Shown here: positions 60,551 to 64,000 of the stretch, piece after piece
Layout: the number at the start of each line of letters is the position of its first letter
How positions within the stretch are numbered: the first letter of the stretch is position 1
Assembly: GCA_027492205.1 (NCBI GenBank)
Contig: JAOZFN010000007.1
Location: 150,045 to 214,044 of the forward strand
Source of the DNA: Thermoproteota archaeon
GTDB lineage: Archaea > Korarchaeota > Korarchaeia > Korarchaeales > Korarchaeaceae
Direction: 5' to 3'
DNA: 64,000 bases
The notes under the pieces: generated by a model
Databases searched by the model: none
What the model saw: only the letters and a program-made list of their open reading frames with translations
What the model was told of the DNA's origin: nothing
Program-made: the position numbers and the translations under genes

Positions 60551-62482
60551 TCATCCCTCCCTGACGATGGCCCCGGTCGGGCACACCTGGGCGCAGATGG
60601 TGCAGCCTGTGCACTTGTCCTCGTAGATGAACGCCTTGTTGAGTTCCTCGTCGAAACCGAGGGCCGGGCAGCCCGTCTTGATGCACTCCTTGCACCCCAC
60701 GCAGGCGGACGGGTTGACGGTCATCGGCCTGGGACGGAGCCCCTTCCTACGGAGCCGCCTCAGTACCTGCAGGGTGCACTCCGCCCGGAACACGAGGACT
60801 GCCGGCAGTCCGGATGATTCGGCTGACCTGATGGCCTCTACCACGGCCTCCTCCGCCGCCTTGAGGTTGTAAGGGCTCAGAACCCGCACGAAAGGTATCT
60901 GGAAGGCCTTGGCCACGTCCTCCGGCTTGAGGACCGGCGCCTGATCCCCGATCGCGTTGACTCCGGACGTGGGGCTAGGCTGGTGTCCAGTCATGCAGGT
61001 CCACCTGTTGTCGAAGACCGCCACGACTATGGGGGCCCTGTTGACGACCGCATTCACCAGCGCCGGGAGCCCACCGTGGAAGAATGTGGAGTCTCCTATC
61101 ACGGCCACCACCGGCCTGGTCTCGCCCGCCTTCTTCGCGGCGGCGGCCATGGCGATGCTGGACCCCATCGCTATGCAGGTGTCGATGGCGTCTAGGGGAG
61201 GATTCGATCCCTGGTTGTAGCACCCCCTGTCCCCGAAGACGAGCCCATCGACGCCCAGCCGTGCGAACGCGGCCTTAATCGAGAGGTAAGACCCCCTATG
61301 AGGACATCCGGCGCACATCTGGGGGATCCTCCTCCCCACGGAGGAGGAAACCTCATCCGAGGTGGTGAGCGTCAGGGCGGGGTAGTTCACATCAAATAGA
61401 TCGCTCAGAACCCTACCGACGAGTTCGGGGCTGTACTCTCCATACCTCGGGAGGTGGCCCGTGTTCTTGCCGTAGATCTCCACCCCCACCCCGTTGAGCT
61501 TGGCAATCCTGATTACCTGATCCTCCAAAAAGGGCTCGAGTTCCTCCAAGACAACAACCTTGTCGACGGAGCGGAGGAAGTCCAGAACAGGCCCCTCAGG
61601 GATGGGATACTGGCCGATCAGCTTCAAGACCGGCACCTTCTTCAGTAGACCCTCCGCGGCCAGGACGTCCATCGCGTAATTGTGCGGAACCCCTGTGGTG
61701 ATTAGCCCCCAGACGCCGCTGTCCGGCCCGAACCTCTGAACGAAGGGCTCGCCCTCAAACACCTTTTCTACCCTCTCCAGTCTCTCGAAGAGCTTCGGAA
61801 TGTTGGCCCTCGCGTGAGGGGCTATGCTGACGAGCCGGGGGTGATCTTTGGGGAAGTTGGGCTTCCTCTTCTCCAGCCTGAGCGGTCCCAGCCGGACTGG
61901 GGCCTTGGAGTGAGCCACCGCCGCCGTGTATCTGAACAGCACGGGCGTCTTCATCTCTTCGGAGAGGTCCATGGCCCAGACGATGAGGTCCTTGGCCTCT
62001 GCGGGGTCTGACGGTTCCACCACTGGAATGTTTACTATCCTCCCGTGAAACCTCGTGTCCACGGAGCTCTGAGAGCTGTGCGGGTGTGGATCGTCGGCCG
62101 AGACTATGACGAGGCCCGCGTCCACCCCAGTTATGGCCGCCACCGCGAGCGGGTCCAGGATCCAGTGCGTACCCAGGTGCTTCATTACGGTCATGGACCT
62201 CAGTCCTGCGAGGGCCGCCGAGTAGGCGGCCTCGAAGGCGACCTTCTCGTTCGTCGACCACTCGACGTAGATTCCCGCCTTGCTGGCAACTCTCGAGAGG
62301 TTCGCGAGCACCTCGCTGCTGGGGGTTCCCGGGTACGCCGTGACGAACTGAGCTCCGGCCTCTAGGGCGCCCCGAGCAATGGCCTCATTGCCCATCATTA
62401 GGGCGACCTTCTCTCCCTCCTCCAGCAGGATTGCGGCCATTGCCATCACCTTAGCGCAATTTTTTAGGCGATTGCCAAACAT
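60551..62482 (-). CDS. iorA: Indolepyruvate:ferredoxin oxidoreductase alpha subunit (TPP-binding, two C-terminal 4Fe-4S motifs)
   Basis: 643 aa. MGNEAIARGALEAG, the TPP motif GDSTFFHGG, CVGCKECIKTGCP and CTGCTICAQVCP are present. The true start is probably ATG 62446 or 62440 (MAMAAILL). Confidence 0.9.
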   Translation of the reverse strand: MFGNRLKNCAKVMAMAAILLEEGEKVALMMGNEAIARGALEAGAQFVTAYPGTPSSEVLANLSRVASKAGIYVEWSTNEKVAFEAAYSAALAGLRSMTVMKHLGTHWILDPLAVAAITGVDAGLVIVSADDPHPHSSQSSVDTRFHGRIVNIPVVEPSDPAEAKDLIVWAMDLSEEMKTPVLFRYTAAVAHSKAPVRLGPLRLEKRKPNFPKDHPRLVSIAPHARANIPKLFERLERVEKVFEGEPFVQRFGPDSGVWGLITTGVPHNYAMDVLAAEGLLKKVPVLKLIGQYPIPEGPVLDFLRSVDKVVVLEELEPFLEDQVIRIAKLNGVGVEIYGKNTGHLPRYGEYSPELVGRVLSDLFDVNYPALTLTTSDEVSSSVGRRIPQMCAGCPHRGSYLSIKAAFARLGVDGLVFGDRGCYNQGSNPPLDAIDTCIAMGSSIAMAAAAKKAGETRPVVAVIGDSTFFHGGLPALVNAVVNRAPIVVAVFDNRWTCMTGHQPSPTSGVNAIGDQAPVLKPEDVAKAFQIPFVRVLSPYNLKAAEEAVVEAIRSAESSGLPAVLVFRAECTLQVLRRLRRKGLRPRPMTVNPSACVGCKECIKTGCPALGFDEELNKAFIYEDKCTGCTICAQVCPTGAIVREG

Positions 62483-62619
62483 CGTTGGTTTATTAAACTT
62501 TACGGTCCTAGAATCAGTGCAAGAGTGACGGGATATAGGTCCAATAGCCCGGCGATTTATCCGGCTAGCTCCAGATCAAATAAATGTTGACTATCGAGCG
62601 TTTACTATCCAAAGGGCGC

Positions 62620-63420
62620 CTACAAGGACGCTCTCAGCCGCTCGACCAGTTCACCGATCTCTGGGAGCTTGGATACCACTAACCCGACGTTGGAAAGTTT
62701 TGCAAGCCTCACCGCAAGCGGGTCGACCGAGTCGGGCTTTAGGCCGTGGAGGACTACGAGAGCTGGCCTCACGTCGAACACCCTTATCGCCACCATCGGC
62801 GACCTGCCCGTGGAGACCTTCGTGAATATGAGGGCCCTCTCGGTGGACGAGCCAAAGAGCCTCATGAAGTCCGCCCCGGAGAGAGTTTCTATGGCCTTCA
62901 CGCTGTCTATAACCGTATAGCCGTAGATGTACTTGGATCCCTCCGGCTCCACCAGGGCTTCGCCCTCTATGACCTCCACGAACTTTCCCGTCTCTACTGG
63001 GGCGGCGAGCTCCCTTATGTCGACTACGCTCACCAGCATGTCCGAGATGCCCAGGGTTCTCGCCAGGGTCTTAATCGTCGTTCCTCCCCTTCTCTCGTCA
63101 AGTTCCAGCAGGGCCTCAACGAACCTCCGCAGGACGAGAGAGCCGGGGCTTCTCCTCCTCCCCGATTCATAGTCAGATATTACGGAGGCAGACACCTCCA
63201 GCGCCCTGGCGAGCTCGCTCTGCTTGATTCCAAAGTACTGCCTCCACTTCCTCATTGCGAGCCCGATGTCGCTGGAGAACAGTATATCTCCCGCTATCTT
63301 CTTGGCGATAGTCTCCCTCAGTATGCGCCTGTGATAAGATGCGACGACCTCCTCTGAGGAGCCACCCTCGGACAAAAGCACCACCTTTCCAATAGCTCGA
63401 TGGCAGATCTCTCCGATCAT
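62620..63420 (-). CDS. Archaeal XRE-type HTH transcriptional regulator with a C-terminal domain of unknown function
   Basis: 266 aa. AMRKWRQYFGIKQSELARALEVSASVISDYESGRR is a clear HTH_3 motif. A TATA (CTTTATAAA on the minus strand, 63421-63428) abuts ATG 63420, so the real start is probably downstream, for example GTG 63384. Confidence 0.7.
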   Translation of the reverse strand: MIGEICHRAIGKVVLLSEGGSSEEVVASYHRRILRETIAKKIAGDILFSSDIGLAMRKWRQYFGIKQSELARALEVSASVISDYESGRRRSPGSLVLRRFVEALLELDERRGGTTIKTLARTLGISDMLVSVVDIRELAAPVETGKFVEVIEGEALVEPEGSKYIYGYTVIDSVKAIETLSGADFMRLFGSSTERALIFTKVSTGRSPMVAIRVFDVRPALVVLHGLKPDSVDPLAVRLAKLSNVGLVVSKLPEIGELVERLRASL

Positions 63421-63470
63421 TTATAAAGCGTTCATCGACATCGACCGTCGTCGTTGTCCTCAGGGGCATG

Positions 63471-63920
63471 TCAGGGATCGTTTCGGAAGTCCGTTAGCTT
63501 CATCAGAAGTCGAGTGAGTTCTCCTCGATTCACTACCCTCTCACGGACTTTCCCCTCCGCCTCCGCAATCTCTTTGGCTATCAGGTGGTAACAGTAGGGC
63601 CGGCCCCTTCGGAGGAGGGCCTCAATGTAGAAGTCGGTGCACGTGCAGAAGTAGTCCCCCAACACCAAGTAGGCGCCCCGCTCCCCCTCCACAACCCACG
63701 CCTTGAAGCCCTCGGTCGAGGATATCCTTATCACGCGGCCCTCTTCGACGGCCCTGATGGCCTTAACCGCGCTCTCGGGAGGGAGAAGCCGCAGGAGCTC
63801 TCTAGATCCATCCTGTCTACGGGGGGCGCGCCTCAGTTGAGGATCACCATGCTGAAGGAGGAGCCGGCGTTGGTTTTTACTGTTGGAGACCGAAGGCTGC
63901 TGGTAGTCGCGGACCTCCAC
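63471..63920 (-). CDS. SWIM zinc-finger protein (start uncertain)
   Basis: FCTCTDFYIEALLRRGRPYCYHL gives the CxC...CxH SWIM signature. The frame is open to the window end. There is no ATG, GTG or TTG between 63920 and 63734. The 5' 72 nt overlap a divergent gene. Confidence 0.55.
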   Translation of the reverse strand: MEVRDYQQPSVSNSKNQRRLLLQHGDPQLRRAPRRQDGSRELLRLLPPESAVKAIRAVEEGRVIRISSTEGFKAWVVEGERGAYLVLGDYFCTCTDFYIEALLRRGRPYCYHLIAKEIAEAEGKVRERVVNRGELTRLLMKLTDFRNDP

Positions 63921-64000
63921 CTTGGACTTGAGGACGAACTCGCGGCGAAGGGGGTGAGCACCCCTGGACTGTCGGCGAGAATATCTAGGCGGCTGGTAAA
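63849..64000 (+). CDS. 5' part of a metallophosphoesterase (ICC-like) gene running out of the window; absent from the ORF track
   Basis: ATG 63849 is preceded by GAGG. The translation MLKEEPALVFTVGDRRLLVVADLHLGLEDELAAKGVSTPGLSARISRRLV carries metallophosphoesterase motif I (DLHLG). Confidence 0.5.
   Translation, partial: MLKEEPALVFTVGDRRLLVVADLHLGLEDELAAKGVSTPGLSARISRRLV

Noticed and set aside
1-64000. Scan for CRISPR arrays, tandem or direct repeats, transposases, integrases, tRNA genes, toxin-antitoxin pairs and defence islands
   Set aside because: By eye I saw no regularly spaced repeats, no T-loop/acceptor-type tRNA structures in spacers longer than 70 nt, and no transposase, integrase or Cas-like ORFs. 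The gene content is core housekeeping throughout. A by-eye scan cannot exclude short or degenerate repeats inside coding regions.

Overview
GC-rich archaeal chromosomal segment. S26e, S17e, a single-fold histone, DnaG, Pelota, GatDE, two family-B DNA polymerases and an orphan 5S rRNA gene point to a TACK/crenarchaeote-like lineage; the organism was not identified. All product calls come from reading the translated ORFs, because no searches could be run. About 63 protein genes are tightly packed, often with 4-20 nt overlaps, and almost all are housekeeping. They include IleRS, AspRS, ProRS and TrpRS; GatD/GatE; PolB1 and a second PolB paralog; and a short uL22-uS3-uL29-Rpp29-uS17 block. The upper mevalonate pathway (HMG-CoA synthase, thiolase, DUF35, HMG-CoA reductase) lies directly behind IorAB, with GGPP synthase and an AcnX-type dehydratase elsewhere. 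Nucleoside and pentose salvage is represented by PRPP synthetase, uridine phosphorylase, a PfkB kinase and AMP phosphorylase. GlcD/GlcF-like and GcvT genes and two nucleotide-sugar dehydrogenases are also present. I found no CRISPR array, transposase, integrase, tRNA gene or recognisable defence or mobile island, so I cannot point to one clear novel multi-gene system. The best leads are listed here. (1) Two unannotated guide-sRNA candidates, each with a TATA box about 25 nt upstream that overlaps the stop codon of the preceding gene: an H/ACA-like hairpin at 39225-39307 and a box C/D-like RNA at 7627-7685. (2) An eight-gene co-directional IorAB-mevalonate-GatDE array. (3) A domain-permuted fused AcnX. 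(4) A PolB paralog with intact polymerase motifs but degenerate exonuclease motifs. (5) A TtuA/Ncs6-like protein lacking the PP-loop. (6) A sequon-rich surface protein coupled to an inactivated DHH/DHHA1 (RecJ/Cdc45-like) gene. Several start codons in the ORF track look wrong given promoter geometry. A partial gene at 63849-64000 is missing from the track.
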